Positions 11,329 through 24,468 of a stretch of DNA of 55,131 bases are shown here, piece by piece; the first letter of the stretch is position 1; every line of letters begins with the position of its first letter. The stretch covers positions 108,766,243-108,821,373 of the forward strand of contig NC_068985.1 of the NCBI RefSeq assembly GCF_001194135.2. The letters are read 5' to 3'. The notes under the pieces were generated by a model. It worked only from the letters and a program-made list of their open reading frames with translations. It was not told the DNA's origin and ran no database searches. Source of the DNA: Octopus bimaculoides (lineage: Eukaryota). Both the position numbers and the translations under genes were made by a program.

Positions 11329-14077
11329 CATATATATATATATATGTTGTGAACTTCTAGCATGGAAATAATCTCTCTGATCCCACCTAAATTGTATGGA
11401 ACTGGGGCGGTCATTATTTGGAAAATTGCCGCCATATTCGTCGCTCAAACTCCGTATAAGTTGATCTTGTTTTTGATAAACTATGATTGACTGAATTGAC
11501 TATAATTTTCTCAGAAGAAGTATATGGTCTGAGCTAGTTGAAAGTTGTTACCATAATATTTATAGTATTGGGAAAAATATGCTACGTGTAGTTTAATTTT
11601 TCACTAATAATTTATTTTTTAGGGAAGCGAGGCAGCTGAATGATTCTGGTAAGCGCCAAGATATTTATAGGCTGGGATATCAAATCCGTTGAATATGTCT
11701 CATTGTATTTTGATCCCTAGGGTTTCCATAGGTTAGGTTTGACATATATGTACACTTAAATACACAGGTCTGGGGAAGTTGTTTTTTTTTAATACTGGCA
11801 AGTGCACATGCGAGCAAGCTTTTCTCTTCCATAGCCCCGATGTTATTCAACATAAAAGCCTGAGTCTTCGAGCTATTACACTAATGCCAGTGTCGTTGCT
11901 GCAGGCTTTGCCAGCAGAACTAACACAGTCGGATAGAGCAAGTAATGTAAATATTTTTTCCGATGCTCTTATGTTGCTGCCAATCCAGTGCCTTGAATTG
12001 CTGTATTTTTAGCTATCCCAAAAGGACGAAAGGATGACACGGCATAATGTGTATTCAGACTGAAGAGTGTCAGAACAAATAAGACGTAGGATTCTACCCA
12101 ACAATCTAATGACTCTGCCAATACACCGTTACCATGTATTCTTAGCAAAACACATTAAGACTAACATATTCTCAGCTATGTCTACCAGCTCGCTTTGGGA
12201 TATTATTTGCATTAAACTCACAGGCCACTAATGTCTATTCAAGGTGTCACAGACACCAAACACCCTAGCTGAGGCATGATCAGATGTTATTTTAACTCCT
12301 GTATCTGTTATGGTATGCCTATAAAATACACACCGCTGTAAATTACTATCACAATTATATAACATGCAGCAGAAACTATAATATCCACATTATTTTTTTA
12401 AACCTGCATTGATGTCATTAACGGTTTTATCTTCCTCTCAATCTTTGATGAGATTTTTCTGCATTTAATACTTCTTCCTAATCTATTTAGCCCCCCCCCC
12501 ACTTTTTTTTTTACTTCGATCCCTACATTTAAGGCTTATTTAAGGCTATATTATACACCAAGATACTTAACAAAGACTGCAAAGAAAATAACCGATAAAT
12601 ATACAGCATTCTTATTGCTTATAGCGATAGCTCTATGTCTAGATTGAATATCGTACACCATAGATACAATGAAGATACATAGAAATGATGTCAATTTCGA
12701 ACAGTTTTAATGGGAACCAGACACATAGCCCTCTCCCTAAACTAATTTACCAGCATTGTTAGGTGCTACATTGATATCGCCCTCGCGTGCTATAAGTGAG
12801 TGTCATACATATTGGAGGTGACGTTTCTCGTCGAAATGCTATTTTGCAAATAAATTGTAATGAGCTTCTTTATACTGCATTCTGATAAGTAAAATGATCA
12901 AATCGTATTAGAATTCAATCATGAACACCCGCAAATTTTCTTTTGGTTTAGAAATATCCTATTTAAGCATAAAAGAAAAATAATTTTCAGTAATATTAAC
13001 ATATTCTAATACTTATGCGATAAGACTTCAGATAGTTTATTGTGCCAGACTAAATATATTATTCTCATATGTATACAAGGCATAAATGCTTGACAGTAGA
13101 TAATTTCAGCTGTAAACCTTCTCAGTTCAAACTACCCTCAGAGCGATTTTCTTAAACATTTTGCCGGTTTTATGAATTTAAAAGGGTATAAACTAGATTT
13201 TATTTTGAAACCGCTATAAGAAGAGCAGTTGTATTTTGTCAAAGAAAATCACCGTTAAACGAATTTAAGAGTAGTATATTTTGGGGGGGATATTTTCATT
13301 TGCCCCCATATAAGCAAGTGAAGCAAATTAAAAGATAAAAGAAAGGAATTTCTCGATGTTTTTTTATTTACAATTTAATCTAAATATATGGAATGTGAAA
13401 TTAAAAATGAAACCAATTTTGAGGTAACTGCCAACAAGCTGATTCGAAACCATGATGATGATTGTGCTCGATAGAATGAAAATATAAGTAAACAAAAATA
13501 GCTGATATTAAAAAAAAAAAAGAATGATTTCAAGCCTTCTAAAATAGTTTTAGTAGCTGTAATCATGAGGAGTTAAATATAACTACACATACGCAAAATA
13601 GAGATAAAGATATTGGGCAGCACAAACAGTAAATGAAAGCATTTATCTGCATTATTCCCTTTCTTTATGTTCAGTTTCAAGTCTCACCAGGATGAAATAT
13701 GAATTTCATCACTATTTAGAGGTCTGGGAAGAAAATTGTAAATACGGTATATCAGAATCATTTCAATTACCTTCACCCTTACACAGATTTATGGCTTTTT
13801 GCCAACGTCAATAAGTGGTGAATGCACACACGATTAGGCATCAGAATAATAAGTTGTGATATCTGTTAATATCGCTTTATATAAAAAGAATTCAAAAATA
13901 CCTTATCTTTCATACATCCATGCTCGATAAAATTCATTACGAATCAAGTACAGGGATCAATGTATTTGTTCTTACACAGTATTCCGTGAGTAACTTTGTA
14001 CATCGAATATTGTTATGCGATAAATCCTCCTCCTCCTCGTCACTATTATTATTATTATTAATATTGTTTCTTTGCAG

Positions 14078-14173
14078 AGATGCCTTGCTCAATGATGCCA
14101 ATGCTGGAACTGGACAATAGGACCCAGATTCCCCAGAGTATGGCTATGGCCAGATATTTGGCCAGGGAATTCG
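14078..14173 (+). CDS. S-crystallin gene A, exon 2
   Basis: Acceptor TTTCTTTGCAG, then (K)[31 protein letters not shown](G), donor GTAAGT at 14174. Phase 1 at both ends and in frame with exon 1; contains the GST QS (Q64-S65) motif. Confidence 0.97.
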
Positions 14174-14329
14174 GTAAGTGAAATTATAATTGATTAAATG
14201 AGAATACTTGTGCATAAACGTTAGAGTATCGTTTTGCACGCGTGTGTGTGTGTGTTTGTGTGTGCGTGTGTGTGTGTGTATGTATGCGTGCATATATGTA
14301 TATACTGTTTTTATAGCATTATATATACT

Positions 14330-14722
14330 TCGACAACCGATTCCGAAAGCGAATTATTCGACTTTCTCTCGAAAGATTTATACATTCTTATGACGCCTAA
14401 TGAGAAGGTAAAACGCATGAAAAGAAAGGAGTGTCTTCAACATCCTCGATCTGCATCGACCATCCCGTGCGAGTTCTGCCCATGACTCTTTCACCAAAGA
14501 CTTGGACATGAAAGTCACTTTCGACACAAGCATCAGCCGAGAAGACTGGATGGAAACTGACGAACCCAATGCACGGATACGAGCTGGAGCCGACGATATA
14601 TTGATGTCTTTCTGTTTGTTCTCCGGGCATTGCTCGATAACTGGTTTCGGTTAATTCAAAGTCCAGTGACTTAGTGCTGCAGCAAAAAAAATAAAATGAT
14701 AATAATAATAATAATAATAATA
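14330..14722 (+). mobile_element. RTE-clade LINE 3' fragment in gene A intron 2
   Basis: 14462-14533 translates IPCEFCP*LFHQRLGHESHFRHKH, like the RTE ORF C-terminal C2H2 motif; followed by an A/(AAT)n tail. Confidence 0.6.
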
Positions 14723-14939
14723 CGATTGAATAAGTAAGTACCAGATTGAAGAATAATTAAGACTGAAATAATGAAGACGCTCTCTCGGCATGTCGGCAGC
14801 CCAACGACAGAAACAAGTTAAAGAAAAGCACAAGATATAAAAAGAAAGACTTGTATAAAATTGTCTTCAATAAAGAATTAAATGATAATATCGTGATTTT
14901 CTGAGATATTAAGTTTGTTTTATTAAATAAACTTTCCAG

Positions 14940-15055
14940 GATTCCATGGCAGAAGCAACATCGAAATGGCCAGAGTCGACTACATTTCAGACTGTTTCTA
15001 CGATATTTTGGATGACTACTTGAGGATGTACCAAGATGGCAACTGTAGAATGATG
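14940..15055 (+). CDS. S-crystallin gene A, exon 3
   Basis: Acceptor ACTTTCCAG, then (G)[38 protein letters not shown], donor GTAATT at 15056 (phase 0). Confidence 0.97.
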
Positions 15056-16204
15056 GTAATTATTGAAAATTACAACCTATTAATATCCATCTATTCATTC
15101 TCCACTTCATCCATCTATCTATTCAACAACAATATCTTACGCCTCGTCTATCTCTCCCACCTCTCTGAGTATGTGTGCATATATATATATATATATATAN
15201 NNNNNNNNNNNNNNNNNNNNNNNNNNNNNNNNNNNNNNNNNNNNNNNNNNNNNNNNNNNNNNNNNNNNNNNNNNNNNNNNNNNNNNNNNNNNNNNNNNNN
15301 NNTTCGAAACATATGACGAAATAAAAGTATGCAGTTATAATATGCGTTTCATTCCATTCATTAAATATATATATATGTATATATTCGGTTATAATGTCTT
15401 ACGTTTAAGCTGGTTCCCATACATTTCCCTGAGAAGTTTACATTTTTAACATCGCCGATTCCTATGGATCGCATAAATTGTAATTCTTCGAAACATATGA
15501 CGAAATAAAAGTATGCAGTTATAATATGCGTTTCATTCCATTCATTAAATATATATATATGTATATATATATATATCAAATGAACGAGGGAAATGGAAAA
15601 ATTAAAATTAGCAAGAATCTTTATTGAACACAGTGATCGTTTCGATCAATCCTGCATCTGTCCCTTACGGATGGGATACTATACATCTAGTTGCGCTACA
15701 TTCATCAATACAGGTTGTCTTGTCAGATGTCTGGCGTGAATAAAAGATACATTACTCAATTTACTGAGTTTTGCTTGGCATGTTGTGGTCGCCCGTGGTA
15801 TGTTGGCTACGCTGACATAGCATGGAATATAAGTGAGATAAATATCATTTAATGTACGCAGAATTTTGAAAAGCGGTATTACTTGATCCATGAGACACAA
15901 TAATGTGACAGATTATATAGCATATATCGTGGAATGTTCTGTCGTAGACATACTTGACTTGAGAAATGTCTTCCTGTACAACTTAGATGATTTGGATTAA
16001 ATATGCTACACATTAGTTCATAGCCTCCATCTAATTGTAATCGACATTTTCTGAAATGTTGCCTGTTCTGTCATGCACCAGATGTTAAAGTAACGATGTG
16101 ATCGCAGAGCAATTTGATATGAAGTGTTTTCCTAAAGAATACGACTCACTTCCCGGTCCTAGAATCGGAACTATGATCTAACACCCAAAACGTTTGATCA
16201 AGCG

Positions 16205-16293
<89 letters not shown>

Positions 16294-16312
16294 CATCCAT
16301 CCATCCATCCAT
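16205..16312. repeat. (CTAT)n-(CCAT)n microsatellite just upstream of gene A microexon
   Basis: Direct reading. Confidence 0.95.
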
Positions 16313-16354
16313 CTTTCTATATAATTTACACAGTTTTAACGTTGCTTTTTGCAG

Positions 16355-16384
16355 TTCCAGAGATCCAGGGAATCAAATGGATCT
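16355..16384 (+). CDS. S-crystallin gene A, exon 4 (30-nt loop microexon)
   Basis: TTGCTTTTTGCAG|TTC CAG AGA TCC AGG GAA TCA AAT GGA TCT|GTAAGT = FQRSRESNGS. A homologous microexon (FQRSRDMNTS) is present in gene B. Confidence 0.92.
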
Positions 16385-16949
16385 GTAAGTTTGCTCTTAA
16401 TTATTCTTCATTATCAGAATGTCATGTTTTTTTAACATAATAAAATTCCAAAAGTATTCTTGACATACAAGAGTGAGTGTATTTGCATGCACGTGCGTTT
16501 GTATGCGTATATATTGCTGGACACTGATGAAGAAAAGTGAAAGATTGCATACGATTTCTAACGCGTGTATTTCATATAAAGTACTGAACACTGTAAGGTT
16601 TTTTTTTTACGTATTCTTATATCATGGTTTAAAAATTTTCATAGTCAGTCAGATACTCAAAACAGTGAGTATTATATTATGAATTTAATCCCATAAACTC
16701 CAGCTAATGTTACCGAACGGAGTCATGCCGAAGAACCTTCCATTTGTGAATAAATTAACAATTGTTGGCGATCACTGAATGAAACATTATAGCTTGTGCT
16801 CTTTGATTCCCGAGGCCTGGCCTGAGCACTGCATCCTGTTTAAGGTTTCACAAATGGTATAATGTTAGTTAAAAGATGTAAAGTTATATACCCAATACAT
16901 ATTGTATGATTTAGTTAGTATCTATACCCGACATATTCGATTTTAAAAT

Positions 16950-17270
16950 TTCAGTCCCACTGCGTGGCACCTTGGGCAAGTGTCTTCTACTATAGCCTCG
17001 GGCTGACCAAAGCCTTGTGAGTGGATTTGGTAGACGGAAACTGAAAGAAACCCGTCGTATATATGTATATAGATATATGTGTGTGTTTGTGTGTCTGTGT
17101 TTGTCCTCCCACCATCGCTTGACAACCGATGCTGGTGTGTTTACGTCCCCGTAACTTAGCGGTTCGACAGAAGGAATCGATTGAATAAGTACTAGGCTTA
17201 CAAAGAATAAGTCCTGGGGTCGATTTTCTCGACTAAAGGTGGTGCTCAAATGACTGAAACACGTAAAAGA

Positions 17271-17279
<9 letters not shown>
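16950..17279 (+). mobile_element. SINE family A, 5'-truncated copy in gene A intron 4
   Basis: High similarity to the reverse complement of 581-1030, same tail, followed by (GA)n. Confidence 0.85.
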
Positions 17280-17328
<49 letters not shown>

Positions 17329-17918
17329 TTACTTACTGAGCTATAACCGCTTCACTGGCTGTTTTAGGTAGTTTGTAATCTACACATAAGTTAAATGACA
17401 TACTTGAATTATAAGAATATGTCAGTTTCAGGAACAGTCAACAGTAAATGGTAATATTATTTCAAAGGGAAAAGATTAGGTCAATGCCAACAGTTTTTTT
17501 TTCAAAGGAAAGTAATTGTTAGAAGATAAGGATATAATTCATGGTTAAATTAATGCCCTTTGATGATGAACTGAAGCAATTAATTCTTTTCAAAAAACAT
17601 TACTAAAGGAAAATGTTTACTCCTTGTGCATCTAGATTTGTCTTGGAGTTCTTTAGGGTTAAATACGATTTGCTTTGAACTGAATTCTACCACATGATGC
17701 TTCAGTGTGTGTCTGTGTCTAAGATTTTTACCCTTGGTCTATATTGTCATGTAACCAAAGTATTTCTAAGATTTTCTTCTTGGAGTTTATTCTGTTATAT
17801 AAACGAAGTATTTGCCATTCTTATGACGTCAACTATATATGAATGTGTGTGCATGTTTGTGTGTGTATGAATGTATGTATGTATGTGAAACTATAATTTC
17901 CTTTATAACTTTTAACAG

Positions 17919-18026
17919 TCTGAACAACGCATGAGATACAGGGAAACCTGCCGCAGAATCCTTCCCTTCATGGAAAGAACATTGGAAATGCGTAATGGAG
18001 GCAGCCAATTCTTTATGGGAGATCAG
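17919..18026 (+). CDS. S-crystallin gene A, exon 5
   Basis: Acceptor CTTTTAACAG, then [36 protein letters not shown], donor GTTAGT at 18027. Confidence 0.97.
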
Positions 18027-18478
18027 GTTAGTAACTAACGTTCGTTGCCTGAATTACACTATTCGCTAATCTTCCCCGTTCTTATAAAGACTTACTGACT
18101 ATTTCACTGTTATAAAATTAATTTGAGTAAGATTGGTTACACTAAGCTCGCAGTGCAAAGTTTCAGAATGCCATTCGGATATTTTCCCTTTCTCATTATC
18201 TTCCTGGCACTGCATTTCACCCCTGGACAAAGCTCTGTGCGTGTGTGGGGGGATATTAAACAGATTTCTGAAATACTATAAACCAGATTCTTGAATAGAT
18301 ATCAAATAGATTGTTGGCTGAATATTAAGCATTTTGTACCACGTTGGGTGGAACACTTTGTATTTTGTATGATGGGTCTATTATGGTAGGTAATTTATGT
18401 TTCTTAAGAGAGAAGTCCATTGAGATGAAAATGTTCAATGATATGAAGAAACACCTGATAACATTTCTGACGGTTGGG

Positions 18479-18655
18479 AAGGCGGCGAGGTGACACAATC
18501 GTTAGCACCATAGGCAAAATACCTTGCGGTAGTTCATCCGTCTGTAATTTCAGAGGTCGATAAAATAAGTAGCAGTTGAGGAGTGGTGTCGACCTAGTCG
18601 ACTTAACCCCTACTCAGAAATTGCTGGCTTTATGCCAAAAGTTTTAACTAATATT
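18479..18655 (+). mobile_element. SINE family B, decayed copy (similar decayed copy at about 19780-19978)
   Basis: GGCGGCGAGGTGACACAATCGTTAGCA head and GAGGTCGATAAAATAAGTA body. Confidence 0.6.
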
Positions 18656-19238
18656 TCTGATGGTTGGTGTGTGACTGTCCATTCGTTGTAGTAATCTTCA
18701 CACACATTAATCAGCTATAATGATTTTCAGAAAATGCTGGTACACTATCTCTAAGTATTCACTCACATTTAATCATCGTAAATATTTCTTAGCTCGAGTA
18801 GATTTTCTTATTGAGTTTACTACGTAGGTATTCTCTCTGTAGTTCTTTTAATGAATTCTTTTAATGTGTCTCTTCACAATTTATTTCCTCAATATGTATT
18901 GTAGCAAGTGAAAATGACTGTTTTATCATTATTTATATACTTTAAATGTTAGCGAATATATATTTAGTGAGGGCTAATATTCTCATCCAAATTACTACAG
19001 TCTATCAATTTTCATATCTGGCGATTTAATTAGCTTCGGATAGCACTGACTGTAATATTCCACAGTCAATGCATATATAATATATATTTACATTCGATAC
19101 ATATTGATTAACTTCGCTACATTATACTGAAATTCATACCGAAAATAATGAACGAAATGTGTTAGTAGAAATTAAATAAGGGAGACAGTGAGAGTCTTTT
19201 GTTTACATGTTTATAAGCAAGGGTAATACACAAACAAT

Positions 19239-19626
19239 AGTGGAGGCGCAATGGCCCAGTGGTTAAAGCAGCGGACTCGCGGTCATAGGATCGCGGTTTC
19301 ATTCTCAGACAGGACGTTGTGAGTGTTTATTGAGCGAAAACACCTAAAGCTCCACGAGGCTCCGGCAGGAGATGGTGGCGAACCCTGCAGTACTCTTTCA
19401 CCACAACTTTCTCTCACTCTTACTTCCTGTTTCTCTTGTGCCTGTAATTCAAAGGGTCAGCCTTGTCACACTGTGTCACGCGGAATATCCCTGAGAACTA
19501 CGTTAAGGGTACACGTGTCTGTGGAGTGCTCAGCTACTTGCACGTTAATTTCACGAGCAGGCTGTTCTGTTGATCAGAATCAACTGGAACCCTCGACGTG
19601 GTAAGCGACGGAGTGCCAACAAACAA
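19239..19626 (+). mobile_element. tRNA-derived SINE family C, full length with TSD
   Basis: tRNA-like head GGCGCAATGGCCCAGTGGTTAAAGCAGCGGACTCGCGG, CAAA-rich tail, 11-bp TSD ACACAAACAAT (19228-19238 and 19627-19637). Confidence 0.85.
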
Positions 19627-20287
19627 ACACAAACAATGGCTAAAATTTGAAGATAAGAATTTACTATTTTATACGTGAGCAATATTTCAACAAAATATTA
19701 TATATTACTGAGCAAACTATTATTCTATATTGTTGCTTCAACCAATGTACAACCACACAATTATTAAATACCTATTTGTAGCGAGCTGACAGAATCGTTT
19801 GTGCATCGGACAAGATGCTTATCAGCATTTTGTCCTGTCGGTTGTCAGGATTGACTTTGCTTTTCATCCTATACGTGTCGATAAATTAATTCTGTTAAGT
19901 AAGCCTGTTCATTGATGTCCATGTAATCGACTTCACCCCCTCTCAAAATTGCTGGCCTTTTGTCTAGAGTAGAAAGTTGTTATCATTCAGTCACTGCGCT
20001 GTTCGATGATTTAGATACTCTCATTCTCTATTCAAAATTATTCAATTTTCACTGAATCACCGAAACATAGAATGTTTTTGTATACCATAAAGAGAAAATA
20101 ATTATAGCATTTCACTCAGAGCTTTTCGGCGGAATAAAAAAAAGAAAAAAAGAAACGACAAGTTTATAAACATGGCTGATCTAACGACACAAACATTTAT
20201 TTCATTTTATGAAATTTAATAAAGTAAATGTTAGCGATGACACCCATCATTAGTTTTCAGCAAAAGAGTAGTTGTTATTTTTATCAA

Positions 20288-20734
20288 GCGCAGCTATAGC
20301 TGTGTGGTTACGAGGCTCACTTTGCAACTATGTGAATTCAGGTTTAGTTGCACTTCGCAGCTCCCTGGGCAAATGTGTTCCCCTATAGCTTTCGATTGAC
20401 CAATGCCTTGTGAGTGAATTTGGTTAACAGAAACTGTATGGAAATGTATCGAAGGTGGAGAGCTAGCAGAAACGTTAGCACGCCGGGTGAAATGCTTAGC
20501 GGTATTTCGTCTGCTGCTAGGTTCTGAGTTCAAATTCCACCGAGGTCGACTTTGCCTTTCATCCTTTCGGTGTCGATATATTAAGTACCAGTTACGCACT
20601 AGGGTCGATATAATCGACTTAATCCGTTTGTTTGTCCTTGTTTGTCCCCTTTATGTTTAGCTCCTTGTGGGCAATAAAGAAATTAAAAAAACTGTATGGA
20701 AGCCTGTCATATATTATATGTGTGTGTGTGTGTA

Positions 20735-20780
<46 letters not shown>

Positions 20781-20958
20781 TGTATGTGCAAGCCCATGTT
20801 CTAGTGTTTGTCCTCCCATTGCTTGACGACCGATACTGGTTTGGCGGATTTATTTGGACAAATCGACTCTAGTACATATTTTTTAAAGTCTGATACTGGT
20901 ACTGATTTTATCGGTTCTTTTGCCGAACCGTTAGCTTTCGAGGAAGTAAACAAACCAA
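20288..20958 (+). mobile_element. SINE family A copy with nested family B SINE and inverted 3' segment
   Basis: A head at 20288-20443; B insert at 20444-20688 flanked by 13-bp TSD AAACTGTATGGAA (20431-20443 and 20689-20701); A resumes to 20843; 20844-20958 matches the A tail in reverse orientation. Confidence 0.75.
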
Positions 20959-21063
20959 TATGGCAACAATCTAATGTTAAAAATAAATATTCATATTATA
21001 GCAATCATACTATCATGCGATCCAAGGTATAATGATATTATATTATAATACTTTGTTATTCAG

Positions 21064-21228
21064 ATGACAATGGCTGACATGATGTGCTATTGCGCTCTCG
21101 AGAACCCACTGATGGAAGAATCATCAATTCTCAGCAGCTACCCCAAACTGATGGCACTGAGAAACCGTGTTATGAACCACCCTAAGATGAGCAACTACCT
21201 CCAGAAGAGATGCCGCACCGAATTCTAA
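21064..21228 (+). CDS. S-crystallin gene A, exon 6 (terminal; spliced protein 215 aa)
   Basis: Acceptor TTATTCAG, then [54 protein letters not shown], stop TAA at 21226-21228. Confidence 0.97.
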   Translation: MTMADMMCYCALENPLMEESSILSSYPKLMALRNRVMNHPKMSNYLQKRCRTEF

Positions 21229-21436
21229 ACTGCCTTGAGAACACCCGAAGAATACATTCTTTATGATGATGATGATGTTGATCAGTAAAGCAATGCATAT
21301 ATTATTGGATCCCAATCATGTTTACATGGTCTCAGAGAATCTCAGTGTCTATCTACCCTAGTATTTGTCCCTGTTCCGAATGTGTTTCAATGTAAAAATA
21401 TATATTTGACTGTTTGATTTGCTTTAGACAAATTGC

Positions 21437-21442
21437 AATAAA
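21437..21442 (+). terminator. Putative polyadenylation signal of gene A
   Basis: AATAAA about 210 nt after the stop codon, followed by a T-rich tract. Confidence 0.6.
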
Positions 21443-21525
21443 ACATTTAAACCTATATTTTATTGATCTTTTAGTTTTGATTTTTAATCGATTTTAATGT
21501 AATGTTACATACTTGAAGACTGATT

Positions 21526-21569
21526 GATCCTCAGACAGTATCGATCCTCAGACAGAATCGATCCTCAGA
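21526..21569 (+). repeat. 17-bp tandem repeat (GATCCTCAGACAG[T/A]ATC x about 2.6)
   Basis: Direct reading; about 85 nt downstream of the gene A AATAAA. Confidence 0.85.
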
Positions 21570-24206
21570 ACGTCGGAGAATTAATTGCCATGCAGTACTT
21601 GTACCAGTAACTTTGTACATTCTGATTTCACATGCAAAAGTGATTCATTTTACTTTTTATTCCTTTTTTCTAGAATTAATAAAATACGTACCAGTTATAT
21701 ACTGGGATAGATTATATCATGTTCCCTTTCTCTCTCTCTCTCTCTCTCGTTTTCTCATTCTCTCATGCTCAGCATCGACTATTCTACGTTTCAAGAAGAA
21801 TGGAGCAAACTACAAAGCTGAATGGTCCCTCTACGAAACGTATTCTCTGAAATAACCGAGTTATGTAAGTTAATAAGTGTAGTAATGTACAGTCGTATAC
21901 TTAGTGGTTCCTCCAAAACTTGTTCAGTAAATATGGCGAAGTTTAAAAGGATATAACAGGAGTGAAACATATCTGGGGTTGTTTCCATTATTTGCTGACC
22001 TAAAATAATGTCTAATAACAACTAATATTGTAATATTACTTTTCCTTACTGAAACAATTATTTCTAGTGAGCTTTTTCATGTTAACTGCATCAAATAAGC
22101 TAATATAATTTCAGCCATAATATTACAATTATTTTCACAAAAAATAAGACCAACAATTATAACAACATACCAAACTAAATATTGAACAATATTACATATA
22201 GCACACATTACTTAATAAGTTTAATAATACTTCAACAATTACAGTTATGAATTATTTAATTATCTAAAAACATGAACACATATCCGTAGAATTATATTAA
22301 TAGTAGAGAGCAATGTACGACTATGTGACTGCTCTGACAAAGTGTCGGTGAACTATAAGCATTAGATCCTAACCACATATATTATCACAAAATATACGAG
22401 AGTAGAAAAAAATGAATGATAATTTCATTGCAAATATTTCCTTATATATACTGAAACGCTTTGAACAGCACGGATCTTGCTATAACTTTGTGGAAAGAAG
22501 CGATTGCTTAGTGATCTCTTGTGAAAACTGTTTTAATGTTCGCTTTATTCTCATTGAAACGCGAAAAAAAAAACGCAATATCATATATTGATTAGAAACA
22601 ATAGTTTTTAAAATAAGTAAAAGGTCACTCATTTTTGGATAAAGGATATATCGACTATATCCGTATCTGTACTTGAATCATGCTTTTATTTTTCTTTATC
22701 AATCACCTGAAGAATTAAAAGAGAAATTGATGTCGGTGACTTGAGCATAGAAGTAAATAAATAACGTTAGGCATTGTATACACTATTCAATGCATGTTGC
22801 CAATAACTTTCGCTTTGATCTTCGAAAATCGTTGAAGTTAAAGGCTGTTTCCTACAGACGTTGCTCTTACCCTGTTTCATAAATGCAATATTAGGTCATT
22901 AGCCAAGCACATATTTGACTGCTGAGAATTTGAACGGTTGTTCTAGAATATGAGGATATTAATGAGAGTTCAACACTAGACAAATTAAATAATCGAATGC
23001 TAGCTTTTGTCTGCTTGAAAATCCTGTCATGTATAGATGATTTATGTCCTGAATGATTGTTCTACAGACGGGATATTCTGTCGATCAATAAAATTTATGA
23101 TCAAATGTTCAATCAGGTCTTCAGTTCTACTATTCTGTTCCTCGACGTTGAAAATGTATTGGTGTCAAAATTCACAGCCATTTTCGTTTGCTGTTCAGTT
23201 TGACTAAATTTTGATACAGAACATTCCTCGTAGAAGTTCCAGCTAGTTAATCATGATGTTTCTTAAAATCCTAAAAAAAAGTTAGCAAGATTTTTAACTC
23301 TGCATTAAGTTTATGGATGGCAAAATATTTCATAATTACGCAACGATTAAAATACAAGGTGAAACGCACATTGTGTTTATATCATTGTGGTTAGAATAAT
23401 TATTTAAAGTAAACGTACTTAATGCTGTTATAATCTCTTAATATCATGATGTATATATTGGATAGTGCGAACAGTATCTTTATATTTGCTCTTGGTTCAG
23501 TTTAGGTCTACAAACGACATAACCCTCAGTCTGTGCGACATATGGATAAAGTAATAAAAGGTTATTTGGATGTCAAATTACACTTGAAATTTTCTGTCTT
23601 TATCTGAAGTTATTTTGGTGTCTTGATTGAACATATGATTAAAAAAATAGAAAATTTGAAGTGAATAGATTTCATAACTTGAAATCAATAAAGTATTTAT
23701 GTAATATCTGATCGAATGATGATGATGATGAAGATGATTATGATGATAATAATGATGATGATGATGATCATGATCATGACGACTATGACGACGACGAGAA
23801 CGCCGACCAAGTTTATGAACATGATGATGATGACATAAAAATCTCTCAAAGAAGGCTGTTTGAATCAGTCATGGAATAATTGTACGTCACTCGAGTAGCT
23901 AAAAATAGTAGTTAAATAAATAAATCATATGCATGCAATACTTGCTGGAAATTTTAAAACCACTCCAGCTTTGATCAATAACAATCATTTTTTGCGTTCA
24001 AGACTTATATTTTCAATAGTAAACTTTTGCAATTCCCGAGTGTGTGCTTGCAAATCTTTTCTGAACAAGAAGGTTATTGGGGTATTTTAAACATCAAGAT
24101 ATGCCTGGAAATTACAGTTTTTGCATATACATGTGCAAAAAATTACACATATGATCAACAGTTGCCAGCACATCATATTACAGAATGAAAGCTGCTCAAA
24201 ATCGTA

Positions 24207-24468
24207 CAGTCATGGGTTCGTTCCTGACGGTGCGTTCTCTCCTTGAGCAAGGCACTTTATTTCATATTGCTCCAATCCACTCACCTGAGTTGTACCTCTA
24301 TTTCAAATTGCCAGCCACGTCACATTTTGTGTCGCGCTGAATCTCTCTGAGAACTACGTTAAGGGTATGCGTATCTGTGGAGTGCTTAGCCACGTTCATT
24401 TCACAAGCAGTCTGTTCCGTTGATCTGATCAACTGGAGCATTAGTCATTGTAACCAATGGCGTGACAG
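24207..24468 (+). mobile_element. SINE sharing the family C 3' module but with a different 5'/central part
   Basis: CTGAGAACTACGTTAAGGGTA...GTGGAGTGCT...ATCAACTGGA shared with 19490-19590. The upstream part has GGGTTCGTTCC and CCTTGAGCAAGGCACTTTA, which the 19239 copy lacks. Confidence 0.7.

Noticed and set aside
15303-15568. 82-bp exact direct repeat (15303-15384 and 15487-15568)
   Set aside because: The first copy abuts an N gap and both end in a TA tract; most likely a gap-edge assembly duplication.
19242-19315. tRNA-like sequence
   Set aside because: No acceptor stem closes and it continues into a TSD-bounded SINE body; it is a SINE head, not a tRNA gene.
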